Below, piece after piece: positions 49,691-63,800 of a DNA stretch of 64,000 nucleotides (its first letter is position 1; the number at the start of each line of letters is the position of its first letter). The notes beneath the pieces were generated by a model. That model had not been told where the DNA came from and did not search any database. It saw only the letters and a program-made list of their open reading frames with translations. This DNA comes from Azolla caroliniana (taxonomy: Eukaryota; Plantae; Polypodiophyta), in contig JBHGNT010000023.1 of the NCBI GenBank assembly GCA_043228905.1, forward strand, positions 310,001-374,000, written 5' to 3'. Position numbers and translations under genes: made by a program.

Positions 49691-52600
49691 CGGATTTTTG
49701 TGTTCAAAGATTCGAATCGAAGCTAACAATACTAGCTATGATATGGAATTAAAAAATCAATATTTTGAAACTCAGGTCGACAGACATGAAGAAATTAGTA
49801 AATTAGGGGAGGGAGTTGACAAGAGCGCGAGAGTAAATTAAAATGTTCATACCTGGCTCGTGTGATCCCGAATTTTTGTGTTCAAAGATGCGAATCGAAG
49901 CTAACAACACTAACTATGATATGGAATTAAAAAATCAAGATTTTGAAACTTGGGTCGAGAGACATCAAGAAATTAGTAAATTACATGAGGGAGTTGAGAA
50001 GAGCGCGTGAGTAAATTAAAATGTTCATAGCTGGCTCGTGTGATATCGGATTTTAGTGTTCAAACATGCGAATCGAAGATAACAACACTAGCTATGATAT
50101 GGAATTAAAAAATCAAGATTTTGAAACTTGGGTCGAGAGACATCAAGAAATTAGTAAATTACATGAGGGAGTTGAGAAGAGCGCGTGAGTAAATTAAAAT
50201 GTTCATAGCTGGCTCGTGTGATATCGGATTTTAGTGTTCAAACATGCGAATCAAAGCTAACAACACTAGCTATGATAAGGAATTAAAAAATCAAGATTTT
50301 GAAACTCAGGTCGAGAGACATGAAGATATTAGTAAATTAGAGGAGGGAGTTGAGAAGAGCGCGTGAGTAAATTAAAATGTTCATAGCTGGCTCGTGTGAT
50401 CCCGGATTTTTATGTTCAAAGATGTGAATCGAAGCTAACAACACTACGTATGATATGGAATTAAAAAATCAAGATTTTGAAACTCAGGTTGAGAGACATC
50501 AAGAAATTAGTAAATTAGAGGAGGGAGCTAAGAAGAGCGCGTGAGTAAATTAAAATGTTCATAGCTGGCTCGTGTGATATCGGATTTTAGTGTTCAAACA
50601 TGCGAATCAAAGCTAACAACACTAGCTATGATAAGGAATGAAAAAATCAAGATTTTGAAACTCAGGTCGAGAGACATGAAGATATTAGTAAATTAGAGGA
50701 GGGAGTTGAGAAGAGCGCGTGAGTAAATTAAAATGTTCATAGCTGGCTCGTGTGATCCCGGATTTTTATGTTCAAACATGTGGATCGAAGCTAACAACAC
50801 TACGTATGATATGGAATTAAAAAATCAAGATTTTGAAACTCAGGTCGAGAGACATCAAGAAATTAGTAAATTAGAGGAGGGAGCTAAGAAGAGCGCGTGA
50901 GTAAATTAAAATGTTCATAGCTGGCTCGTGTGATATCGGATTTTAGTGTTCAAAGATGCGAATCGAAACTAACAACACGAGCTATGATATGGAATGAAAA
51001 AATCAAGATTTTGAAACTCACGTCGAGAGACATGAAGAAATTAGTAAATTAGAGGAGGGGGTTGAGAAGAGCACGTGAGTAAATTAAAATGTTCATAGCT
51101 GGCTCGTCTGATCCCGGATTTTTATGTTCAAAGATGCGAATCGAAGCTAACAACACTACGTATTATATGGAATGAAAAAATCAAGATTTTGAAACTCAGG
51201 TCGAGAGACATGAAGAAATTAGTAAATTAGCGGAGGGAGTTGATAAGAGCGCGTGAGTAAATTAAAATGGTCATACTTGGCTCGTGTGATCCCGGGATTT
51301 TGTGTTCAAAGATGCGAATCGAAGCTAACAACACTAGCTATGATATGGAATTAAAAAATCAAGATTTTGAAACTCAGGTCGAGAGACATGAAGAAGTTAG
51401 TAAATTAGGGGAGGGTGTTGACAAGAGCGCGTGAGTAAATTAAAATGTTCATACCTGGCTCGTGTGATCCCGGATTTTTGTGTTCAAAGATGCCAATCGA
51501 AGCTAACAGCACTAGCTACGATATGGAATTAAAAAATCAAGATTTTGAAACTCAGGTCGAGAGACATGAAGAAGTTAGTAAATTAGGGGAGGGTGTTGAC
51601 AAGAGCGCGTGAGTAAATTAAAATGTTCATACCGGGCTCGTGTGATCCCGGATTTTTGTGTTCAAAGATGCGAATCGAAGCTAACAACACTAGCTATGAT
51701 ATGGAATTAAAAAATCAAGATTTTGAAACTTGGGTCGAGAGACATGAAGAAATTAGTAAATTAGGGGAGGGAGCTAAGAAGAGCGCGTGAGTAAATTAAA
51801 ATGTTCATAGCTGGCTCGTGTGATCCCGGATTTTTGTGTTCAAAGATTCGAATCGAAGCTAACAATACTAGCTATGATATGGAATTAAAAAATCAATATT
51901 TTGAAACTCAGGTCGACAGACATGAAGAAATTAGTAAATTAGGGGAGGGAGTTGACAAGAGCGCGAGAGTAAATTAAAATGTTCATACCTGGCTCGTGTG
52001 ATCCCGAATTTTTGTGTTCAAAGATGCGAATCGAAGCTAACAACACTAACTATGATATGGAATTAAAAAATCAAGATTTTGAAACTTGGGTCGAGAGACA
52101 TCAAGAAATTAGTAAATTACATGAGGGAGTTGAGAAGAGCGCGTGAGTAAATTAAAATGTTCATAGCTGGCTCGTGTGATATCGGATTTTAGTGTTCAAA
52201 CATGCGAATCGAAGATAACAACACTAGCTATGATATGGAATTAAAAAATCAAGATTTTGAAACTTGGGTCGAGAGACATCAAGAAATTAGTAAATTACAT
52301 GAGGGAGTTGAGAAGAGCGCGTGAGTAAATTAAAATGTTCATAGCTGGCTCGTGTGATATCGGATTTTAGTGTTCAAACATGCGAATCAAAGCTAACAAC
52401 ACTAGCTATGATAAGGAATTAAAAAATCAAGATTTTGAAACTCAGGTCGAGAGACATGAAGATATTAGTAAATTAGAGGAGGGAGTTGAGAAGAGCGCGT
52501 GAGTAAATTAAAATGTTCATAGCTGGCTCGTGTGATCCCGGATTTTTATGTTCAAAGATGTGAATCGAAGCTAACAACACTACGTATGATATGGAATTAA

Positions 52601-53640
52601 AAAATCAAGATTTTGAAACTCAGGTTGAGAGACATCAAGAAATTAGTAAATTAGAGGAGGGAGCTAAGAAGAGCGCGTGAGTAAATTAAAATGTTCATAG
52701 CTGGCTCGTGTGATATCGGATTTTAGTGTTCAAACATGCGAATCAAAGCTAACAACACTAGCTATGATAAGGAATGAAAAAATCAAGATTTTGAAACTCA
52801 GGTCGAGAGACATGAAGATATTAGTAAATTAGAGGAGGGAGTTGAGAAGAGCGCGTGAGTAAATTAAAATGTTCATAGCTGGCTCGTGTGATCCCGGATT
52901 TTTATGTTCAAACATGTGGATCGAAGCTAACAACACTACGTATGATATGGAATTAAAAAATCAAGATTTTGAAACTCAGGTCGAGAGACATCAAGAAATT
53001 AGTAAATTAGAGGAGGGAGCTAAGAAGAGCGCGTGAGTAAATTAAAATGTTCATAGCTGGCTCGTGTGATATCGGATTTTAGTGTTCAAAGATGCGAATC
53101 GAAACTAACAACACGAGCTATGATATGGAATGAAAAAATCAAGATTTTGAAACTCACGTCGAGAGACATGAAGAAATTAGTAAATTAGAGGAGGGGGTTG
53201 AGAAGAGCACGTGAGTAAATTAAAATGTTCATAGCTGGCTCGTCTGATCCCGGATTTTTATGTTCAAAGATGCGAATCGAAGCTAACAACACTACGTATT
53301 ATATGGAATGAAAAAATCAAGATTTTGAAACTCAGGTCGAGAGACATGAAGAAATTAGTAAATTAGCGGAGGGAGTTGATAAGAGCGCGTGAGTAAATTA
53401 AAATGGTCATACTTGGCTCGTGTGATCCCGGGATTTTGTGTTCAACGATGCGAATCGAAGCTAACAACACTAGCTATGATATGGAATTAAAAAATCAAGA
53501 TTTTGAAACTCAGGTCGAGAGACATGAAGAAGTTAGTAAATTAGGGGAGGGTGTTGACAAGAGCGCGTGAGTAAATTAAAATGTTCATACCTGGCTCGTG
53601 TGATCCCGGATTTTTGTGTTCAAAGATGCCAATCGAAGCT
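49370..53640. repeat. 12-monomer (2136 bp) tandem duplication, 2 near-identical copies
   Basis: GAAGATAAC at 50075 and 52211; TGGATCG at 50781 and 52917; CGTCTGAT at 51105 and 53241; all offsets 2136 = 12x178. Confidence 0.9.
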
Positions 53641-54189
53641 AACAACACTAGTTATGATATGGAATTAAAAAATCAAGATTTTGAAACTCAGGTCGAGAGA
53701 CATGAAGAAATTAGTAAATTAGGGGAGGGAGTTGACCAGAGCGCGAGAGTAAATTAAAATGTTCATACCTGGCTCGTGTGATCCCGGAAATTTTTGTTCA
53801 AAGATGCGAATCGAAGCTAACAACACTAGCTATGATATGGAATTAAAAAATCAAGATTTTGAAACTCAGGTCGACAGACATGAAGAAGTTAGTAAATTAG
53901 GGGAGGGTGTTGACAAGAGCGCGTGAGTAAATTAAAATGTTCATACCTGGCTCGTGTGATCCCGGATTTTTGTGTTCAAAGATGCCAATCGAAGCTAACG
54001 ACACTAGTTATGATATGGAATTAAAAAATCAAGATTTTGAAACTCAGGTCGAGAGACGTGAAGAAATTAGTAAATTAGGGGAGGGAGTTGACAAGAGCGC
54101 GAGAGTAAATTAAAATGTTCATACTTGGCTCGTGTGATCCCGGGATTTTGTGTTCAAAGATGCGAATCGAAGCAAACAACACTAGCTAT

Positions 54190-56150
54190 GATATGGAATG
54201 AAAAAATCAAGATTTTGAAACTCAGGTCGAGAGACATGAAGAAATTAGTAAAGTAGGGGAGCGAGTTGACAAGAGCGCGTGAGTAAATTAAAATGTTCAT
54301 AGCTGGCTCGTGTGATATCGGATTTTAGTGTTCATAGATGCGAATCGAAGCAAACAACACTACGTATGATATGGAATGAAAAAATCAAGATTTTGAAACT
54401 CAGGTCGAGAGACATGAAGAAATTAGTAAATTAGGGGAGGGAGTTGAAAAGAGCGCGTGAGTAAATTAAAATGTTCATACTTGGCTCGTGTGATCCCGGG
54501 ATTTTGTGTTCAAAGATGCGAATCGAAGCTAACAACACTAGCTATGATATGGAATTAAAAAATCAAGATTTTGAAACTCAGGTCGAGAGACATGAAGAAA
54601 TTAGTAAAGTAGGGGAGCGAGTTGACAAGAGCGCGAGAGTAAATTAAAATGTTCATAGCTGGCTCGTGTGATATCGGATTTTAGTGTTCATAGATGCGAA
54701 TCGAAGCAAACAACACTACGTATGATATGGAATAAAAAAATCAAGATTTTGAAACTCAGGTCGAGAGACATGAAGAAATTAGTAAATTAGGGGAGGGAGT
54801 TGATAAGAGCGCGTGAGTAAATTAAAATGTTCATACTTGGCTCGTGTGATCCCGGGATTTTGTGTTCAAAGATGCGAATCGAAGCTAACAACACTAGCTA
54901 TGATATGGAATTAAAAAATCAAGATTTTGAAACTCAGGTCGAGACACATGAAGAAATTAGTAAAGTAGGGGAGCGAGTTGACAAGAGCGCGAGAGTAAAT
55001 TAAAATGTTCATACTTGGCTCGTGTGATCCCGGGATTTTGTGTTCAAAGATGCGAATCGAAGCTAACAACACTAGCTATGATATGGAATTAAAAAATCAA
55101 GATTTTGAAACTCAGGTCGAGAGACATGAAGAAATTAGTAAAGTAGGGGAGCGAGTTGACAAGAGCGCGAGAGTAAATTAAAATGTTCATAGCTGGCTCG
55201 TGTGATATCGGATTTTAGTGTTCATAGATGCGAATCGAAGCAAACAACACTACGTATGATATGGAATGAAAAAATCAAGATTTTGAAACTCAGGTCGAGA
55301 GACATGAAGAAATTAGTAAATTAGGGGAGGGAGTTGATTAGAGCGCGTGAGTAAATTAAAATGTTCATACTTGGCTCGTGTGATCCCGGGATTTTGTGTT
55401 CAAAGATGCGAATCGAAGCTAACAACACTAGCTATGATATGGAATTAAAAAATCAAGATTTTGAAACTCAGGTCGAGAGACATGAAGAAATTAGTAAAGT
55501 AGGGGAGCGAGTTGACAAGAGCGCGAGAGTAAATTAAAATGTTCATAGCTGGCTCGTGTGATATCGGATTTTAGTGTTCATAGATGCGAATCGAAGCAAA
55601 CAACACTACGTATGATATGGAATAAAAAAATCAAGATTTTGAAACTCAGGTCGAGAGACATGAAGAAATTAGTAAATTAGGGGAGGGAGTTGATAAGAGC
55701 GCGTGAGTAAATTAAAATGTTCATACTTGGCTCGTGTGATCCCGGGATTTTGTGTTCAAAGATGCGAATCGAAGCTAACAACACTAGCTATGATATGGAA
55801 TTAAAAAATCAAGATTTTGAAACTCAGGTCGAGAGACATCAAGAAATTAGTAAATTACATGACGGAGTTGAGAAGAGCGCGTGAGTAAATTAAAATGTTC
55901 ATAGCTGGCTCGTGTGATATCGGATTTTACTGTTCATAGATGCGAATCGAAGCAAACAACACTACGTATGATATGGAATAAAAAAATCAAGATTTTGAAA
56001 CTCAGGTCGAGAGACATGAAGAAATTAGTAAATTAGGGGAGGGAGTTGATAAGAGCGCGTGAGTAAATTAAAATGTTCATACTTGGCTCGTGTGATCCCG
56101 GGATTTTGTGTTCAAAGATGCGAATCGAAGCTAACAACACTAGCTATGAT
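54190..56150. repeat. 2-monomer (356 bp) higher-order repeat, about 5 units with one register slip
   Basis: AAGTAGGGGAGCGAG at 54251, 54607, 54963, 55141 and 55497 (offsets 356, 356, 178, 356), alternating with the CATACTTGG/CCCGGGA monomer. Confidence 0.85.
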
Positions 56151-58802
56151 ATGGAATTAAAAAATCAAGATTTTGAAACTCAGGTCGAGACACATGAAGA
56201 AGTTAGTAAATTAGGGGAGGGTGTTGACAAGAGCGCGTGAGTAAATTAAAATGTTCATACCTGGCTCGTGTGATCCCGGATTTTTGTGTTCAAAGATGCG
56301 AATCGAAGCTAACAACACTGGCTATGATATGGAATTAAAAAATCAAGATTTTGAAACTCAGGTCGAGAGACATGAAGAAATTAGTAAAGTAGGGGAGGGA
56401 GTTGAGGAGAGCGCGTGAGTAAATTAAAATGTTCATAGCTGGCTCGTGTGATATCGGATTTTAGTGTTGAAACATGCAAATCGAAGCTAACAACACTAAC
56501 TATGATATGGAATTGAAAAATCAAGATTTTGAAACTTCGGTCGAGAGATATCAAGAAATTAGTAAATTACATGAGGGAGTTGAGAAGAGCGCGTGAGTAA
56601 ATTAAAATGTTCATAGCTGGCTCGTGTGATATCGGATTTTAGTGTTCAAACATGCGAATCGAAGCTAACAACACTAGCTATGATATGGAATTAAAAAATT
56701 AAGATTTTGAAACTCAGGTCGAGAGACATGAAGAAATTAGTAAATTAGGGGAGGGAGTTGAGAAGAGCGCGTGAGTAAATTAAAATGTTCATAGCTGGCT
56801 CGTGTGATATCGGATTTTAGTGTTGAAACATGCGAATCAAAGCTAACAACACTAGCTATGATAAGGAATTAAAAAATCAAGATTTTGTAACTCAGGTCGA
56901 GAGACATGAAGATATTAGTAAATTAGAGGAGGGAGTTGAGAAGAGCGCGTGAGTAAATTAAAATGTTCATAGCTGGCTCGTGTGATCCCGGATGCGAATC
57001 GAAGCTAACAATACTAGCTACGATATGGAATTAAAAAATCAAGATTTTGAAACTCAGGTGGAGAGACATGAAGAAATTAGTAAATTAGGGGAGGGAGTTG
57101 ATCAGAGCGCGTGAGTAAATTAAAATGTTCATACTTGGCTCGTGTGATCCCGGGATTTTGTGTTCAAAGATGCGAATCGAAGCTAACAACACTAGCTAGG
57201 ATATGGAATTAGAAAATCAAGATTTTGAAACTTGGGTCGAGAGACATGAAGAAATTAGTAAATTAGGGGAGGGAGCTAAGAAGAGCGCGTGAGTAAATTA
57301 AAATGTTCATACCTGGCTCGTGTGATCCCGGGATTTTGTGTTCAAAGATGCCAATCGAAGCTAACAACACTAGCTGTGATATGGAATTAAAAAATCAAGA
57401 TTTTGAAACTCAGGTCGAGAGACATGAAGAAGTTAGTAAATTAGAGGAGGGTGTGGACAAGAGCGCGTGAGTAAATTAAAATGTTCATACCTGGCTCGTG
57501 TGATATCGGATTTTAGTGTTCAAAGATATGAATCGAAACTAACAACACGAGCTATGATATGGAATGAAAAAATCAAGATTTTGAAACTCACGTCGAGAGA
57601 CATGAAGAAATTAGTAAATTAGAGGAGGGGGTTGAGAAGAGCACGTGAGTAAATTAAAATGTTCATAGCTGGCTCGTGTGATCCCGGATTTTTGTGTTCA
57701 AAGATGCCAATCGAAGCTAACAACACTAGCTATGATATAGAATTAAAAAATCAAGATTTTGAAACTCAGGTCGACAGACATGAAGAAATTAGTAAATTAG
57801 GGGAGGGAGTTGACAAGAGCGCGAGAGTAAATTAAAATGTTCATACCTGGCTCGTGTGATCCCGAATGTTTGTGTTCAAAGATGCGAATCGAAGCTAGCA
57901 ACACTAGCTATGATATGGAATTAAAAAATCAAGATTTTGAAACTTGGGTCGAGAGACATGACGAAATTAGTAAATTAGAGGAGGGAGCTAAGTAGAGCGC
58001 GTGAGTAAATTAAAATGTTCATAGCTGGCTCGTGTGATATCGGATTTGAGTGTTCAAACATGCGAATCGAAGCTAACAACACTAGCTAGGATATGGAATT
58101 AAACAATCAAGATTTTGAAACTCACGTCGAGAGAGATGAACAAATTAGTAAATTAGGGGAGGGAGTTGATAAGAGCGCGTGAGTAAATTAAAATGTTCAT
58201 ACCTTGCTCGTGTGATATCGGATTTTAGTGTTCAAACATGCGAATCGAAGCTAACAACACTAGCTACGATATGGAATTAAAAATTCAAGATTTTGAAACT
58301 TGGGTCGAGAGACATGAAAAAATTAGTAAATTAGAGGAGGGTGTTGACGAGAGCGCGTGAGTAAATTAAAATGTTCATAGCTGGCTCGTGTGATATCGGA
58401 TTTTCGTGTTCAAACATGCAAATCGAAGCTAACAACACTAGCTATGATAAGGAATGAAAAAATCAAGATTTTGAAACTCAGGTCGAGAGACATGAAGAAA
58501 TTAGTAAATTAGGGGAGGGAGTTGACAAGAGCGCGTGAGTAAATTAAAATGTTCATAGCTGGCTCGTGTGATCCCGGATTTTTGTGTTCAAACATGCGAA
58601 TCGAAGCTAACACTAGCTAGGATATGGAATTAAAAAATCAAGATTTTGAAACTCAGGTCGAGAGATATGAAGAAATTAGTAAATTAGAGGAGGGAGTTGA
58701 GAAGAGCGCATGAGTAAATTAAAATGTTCATAGCTGGATCGTGTGATATCGGATATTACTGTTCAAAGATGCCAATCGAAGCTAACAACACTAGCTAGGA
58801 TA

Positions 58803-60820
58803 TGGAATTAAAAAATCCAGATTTTGAAACTTGGGTCGAGAGACATGAAGAAATTAGTAAATTAGGAGAGGGAATTGAGAAGAGCGCGTGAGTAAATTAA
58901 AATGTTCATAGCTGGCTCGTGTGATATCGGATTTTAGTGTTCAAACATGCGAATCGAAGGTAACAACACTAGCTGTGATATGCAATTAAAAAATCAAGAT
59001 TTTGAATCTCAGGTCGAGAGACATGAAGAAGTTAGTAAATTAGGGGAGGGAGTTGACAAGAGCGCGAGAGTAAATTAAAATGTTCATACCTGGCTAGTGT
59101 GATCCCGGATTTTTGTGTTCAAAGATGCGAATCGAAGCTAACAACACTGGCTATGATATGGAATTAAAAAATCAAGATTTTGAAACTTGGGTCGAGAGAC
59201 ATGAAGAAATTAGTAAATTACATGAGGGAGTTGAGAAGAGCGCGTGAGTAAATTAAAATGTTCATAGCTGGCTCGTGTGATATCGGATTTTAGTGTTCAA
59301 ACATGGGAATTGAAGCTAACAACACTAGCTATGATATGGAATTTAAAAATCGAGATTTTGAAACTTGGGTCGAGAGACATGAAGAAATTAGTAAATTAGG
59401 AGAGGGAATTGAGAAGAGCGCGTGAGTAAATTAAAATGTTCATAGCTGGCTCGTGTGATATCGGATTTTAGTGTTCAAACATGCGAATCGAAGGTAACAA
59501 CACTAGCTGTGATATGGAATTAAAAAATCAAGATTTTGAATCTCAGGTCGAGAGACATGAAGAAGTTAGTAAATTAGGGGAGGGAGTTGACAAGAGCGCG
59601 AGAGTAAATTAAAATGTTCATACCTGGCTAGTGTGATCCCGGACTTTTGTGTTCAAAGATGCGAATCGAAGCTAACAACACTGGCTATGATATGGAATTA
59701 AAAAATCAAGATTTTGAAACTTGGGTCGAGAGACATGAAGAAATTAGTAAATTACATGAGGGAGTTGAGAAGAGCGCGTGAGTAAATTAAAATGTTCATA
59801 GCTGGCTCGTGTGATATCGGATTTTAGTGTTCAAACATGGGAATCGAAGCTAACAACACTAGCTATGATATGGAATTAAAAAATCTAGATTTTGAAACTT
59901 GGGTCGAGAGACATGAAGAAATTAGTAAATTAGGAGAGGGAATTGAGAAGAGCGCGTGAGTAAATTAAAATGTTCATAGCTGGCTCGTGTGATATCGGAT
60001 TTTAGTGTTCAAACATGCGAATCGAAGGTAACAACACTAGCTGTGATATGGAATTAAAAAATCAAGATTTTGAATCTCGGGTCGAGAGACATGAAGAAGT
60101 TAGTAAATTAGGGGAGGGAGTTGACAAGAGCGCGAGAGTAAATTAAAATGTTCATACCTGGCTAGTGTGATCCCGGACTTTTGTGTTCAAAGATGCGAAT
60201 CGAAGCTAACAACACTGGCTATGATATGGAATTAAAAAATCAAGATTTTGAAACTTGGGTCGAGAGACATGAAGAAATTAGTAAATTACATGAGGGAGTT
60301 GAGAAGAGCGCGTGAGTAAATTAAAATGTTCATAGCTGGCTCGTGTGATATCGGATTTTAGTGTTCAAACATGGGAATCGAAGCTAACAACACTAGCTAT
60401 GATATGGAATTAAAAAATCTAGATTTTGAAACTTGGGTCGAGAGACATGAAGAAATTAGTAAATTAGGAGAGGGAATTGAGAAGAGCGCGTGAGTAAATT
60501 AAAATGTTCATAGCTGGCTCGTGTGATATCGGATTTTAGTGTTCAAACATGCGAATCGAAGGTAACAACACTAGCTGTGATATGGAATTAAAAAATCAAG
60601 ATTTTGAATCTCAGGTCGAGAGACATGAAGAAGTTAGTAAATTAGGGGAGGGAGTTGACAAGAGCGCGAGAGTAAATTAAAATGTTCATACCTGGCTCGT
60701 GTGATCCCGGATTTTTGTGTTCAAAGATGCGAATCGAAGCTAACAACACTGGCTATGATATGGAATTAAAAAATCAAGATTTTGAAACTTGGGTCGAGAG
60801 ACATGAAGAAATTAGTAAAG
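58803..60820. repeat. 3-monomer (534 bp) higher-order repeat, nearly 4 copies
   Basis: ATTAGGAGAGGGAATTG at 58861, 59395, 59929 and 60463, with co-occurring GAAGGTAAC, GAATCTC, GGCTAGTGT and CATGGGAAT variants. Confidence 0.92.
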
Positions 60821-63800
60821 TAGGGGAGGGAGTTGAGAAGAGCGCGTGAGTAAATTAAAATGTTCATAGCTGGCTCGTGTGATCCCGGATTTTTATGTTC
60901 AAAGATGCGAATCGAAGCTAACAACACTACGTATGATATGGAATGAAAAAATCAAGATTTTGAAACTCAGGTCGAGAGACATGAAGAAATTAGTAAATTA
61001 GAGGAGGGTGTTGCAAGAGCGCGTGAGTAAATTAAAATGTTCATAGCTGGCTCGTGTGATATCGGATTTTTGTGTTCAGAGATACGAATCGAAGCTAACA
61101 ACACTAGCTATGATATGGAATTAAAAAATCAAGATTTTGAAACTTAGGTCGAGAGATATGAAGAAATTAGTATATTAGAGGAATGTGTTGATAAGAGCGC
61201 GCGAGTAAATTAAAATGTTCATACCTGGCTCGTGTGATCCCGGATTTTTGTGTTCAAAGATGCCCATCGAAACTAACAACACTAGCTAGGATATGGAATT
61301 AAAAAATCAAGATTTTGAAACTTGGGTCGAGAGACATGAAGAAATTAGTAAATTAGAGGAGGGAGCTAGGAAGAGCGCGTGAGTAAATTAAAATGTTCAT
61401 AGCTGGTTCGTGTGATATCGGATTTTAGTGTTCAAACATGCAAATCGAAGCTAACAATACTAGCTACGATATGGAATTAAAAAATCAAGATTTTGAAACT
61501 CAGGTCGACAGACATGAAGAAATTAGTAAATTAGAGGAGGGTGTTGACAAGAGCGCGTGAGTAAATTAAAATGTTCATACCTGGCTCGTGTGATCCCGGA
61601 TTTTAGTGTTGAAACATGCAAATCGAAGCTAACAACACTAGCTACGATATGGAATTAAAAAATCAAGATTTTGAAACTTGGGTCGAGAGACATGAAGAAA
61701 TTAGTAAATTACAGGAGGGTGTTGACGAGATCGTGTGAGTAAATTAAAATGTTCATCCCTGGCGCGTGTGATATCGGATTTTTGTGTTCAGAGATGCCAA
61801 TCGAAGCTAACAACACTAGCTTTAATATGGAATTAAAAAATCAAGATTTTGAAACTCAGGTCGAGAGAGATGAAGAAATTAGTAAATTAGGGGATGGAGT
61901 TGACAAGAGCGCGTGAGTAAATTAAAATGTTCATACCTGGCTCGTGTGATCCCGGATTTTTGTGTTCAAGGATGCGAATCGAAGCTAACAACACTAGCTA
62001 TGATATGAAATGAAAAAATAAAGATTTTGAAACTCAGGTCGAGAGCGCGTGAGTAAATTAAAATGTTCATAGCTGGCTCGTGTGATATCGGATTTTTGTG
62101 TTCAAACATGCGAATCGAAGCTAACAACACTTGCTATGATATGGAATTAAAAAATCAAGATTTTGAAACTCAGGTCGAGAGACATGAAGAAATTAGTAAA
62201 TTAGAGGAGGGGCTTGAGAAGAGCGCGTGAGTAATTAAAATGTTCATAGCTGGCTCGTGTGATCCCGGATTTTTATGTTCAAAGATGCGAATCGAAGCTA
62301 ACAACACTACGTATGATATGGAATGAAAAAATCAAGATTTTGAAACTCAGGTCGAGAGACATGAAGAAATTAGTAAATTAGGGGAGGGAGTTGATAAGAG
62401 CGCGTGAGTAAATTAAAATGTTCATACCTGGCTCGTGTGATCCCGGGATTTTGTGTTCAAAGATGCGAATCGAAGCTAACAACACTAGCTATGATATGGA
62501 ATTAAAAAATTAAGATTTTGAAACTCAGGTTGAGAGACATGAAGAAGTTAGTAAATTAGGGGAGGGTGTTGACAAGAGTGTGTGAGTAAATTAAAATATT
62601 CATAGCTGGCTCGTGTGATATCGGATTTTAGTGTTCAGAGATGCCAATCAAAGCTAACAACATTAGGTGTAATATGGAATTAAAAAATCAAGATTTTGAA
62701 ACTTGGGTCGAGAGACATGGAGAAATTAGTAAATTAGGGGAGGGAGTTGAGAAGAGCGCGTGAGTAAATTAAAATGTTCATAGCTGGTTCGTGTGATATC
62801 GGATTTTAGTGTTCAAACATGCAAATCGAACTTAACAATACTAGCTACGATATGGAATTAAAAAATCAAGATTTTGAAACTCAGGTCGAGAGACATGAAG
62901 AAATTAGTAAATTAGGGGAGGGTGTTGACAAGAGCGCGTGAGTAAATTAAAATATTCATACCTGGCTCGTGTGATCCCGGATTTTTGTGTTCAAAGATGC
63001 CAATCGAAGCTAACAACACTAGTTATGATATGGAATTAAAAAATCAAGATTTTGAAACTCAGGTCGAGAGACATGAAGAAATTAGTAAATTAGGGCAGGG
63101 AGTTGACAAGAGCGCGAGAGTAAATTAAAATGTTCATACCTGGCTCGTGTGATCCCGGAAATTTGTGTTCAAAGATGCGAATCGAAGCTAACAACACTAG
63201 TTATGATATGGAATTAAAAAATCAAGATTTTGAAACTCAGGTCGAGAGACATGAAGAAATTAGTAAATTAGGGGAGGGAGTTGACAAGAGCGCGAGAGTA
63301 AATTAAAATGTTCATAGCTGGCTCGTGTGATATCGGATTTTCGTGTTCATAGATGCGAATCGAAGCAAACAACACTACGTATGCTATGGAATGAAAAAAT
63401 CAAGATTTTGAAACTCAGGTCGAGAGACATGAAGAAATTAGTAAATTAGGGGAGGGAGTTGATAAGAGCGCGTGAGTAAATTAAAATGTTCATACATGCG
63501 AATCGAAGCTAACAACACTAACTATGATATGGAATTAAAAAATCAATATTTTGAAACTCAGGTCGAGATATGGAATTGAAAAATCAAGATTTTGAAACTT
63601 GGGTCGAGAGATATCAAGAAATTAGTAAATTACATGAGGGAGTTGAGAAGAGCGCGTGAGTAAATTAAAATGTTCATAGCTGGCTCGTGTGATATCGGAT
63701 TTTGGTGTTCAAACATGCGAATCGAAGCTAACAGCACTAGCTATGATATGGAATTAAAAAATCAAGATTTTGAAACTTGGGTCGAGAGACATCAAGAAAT

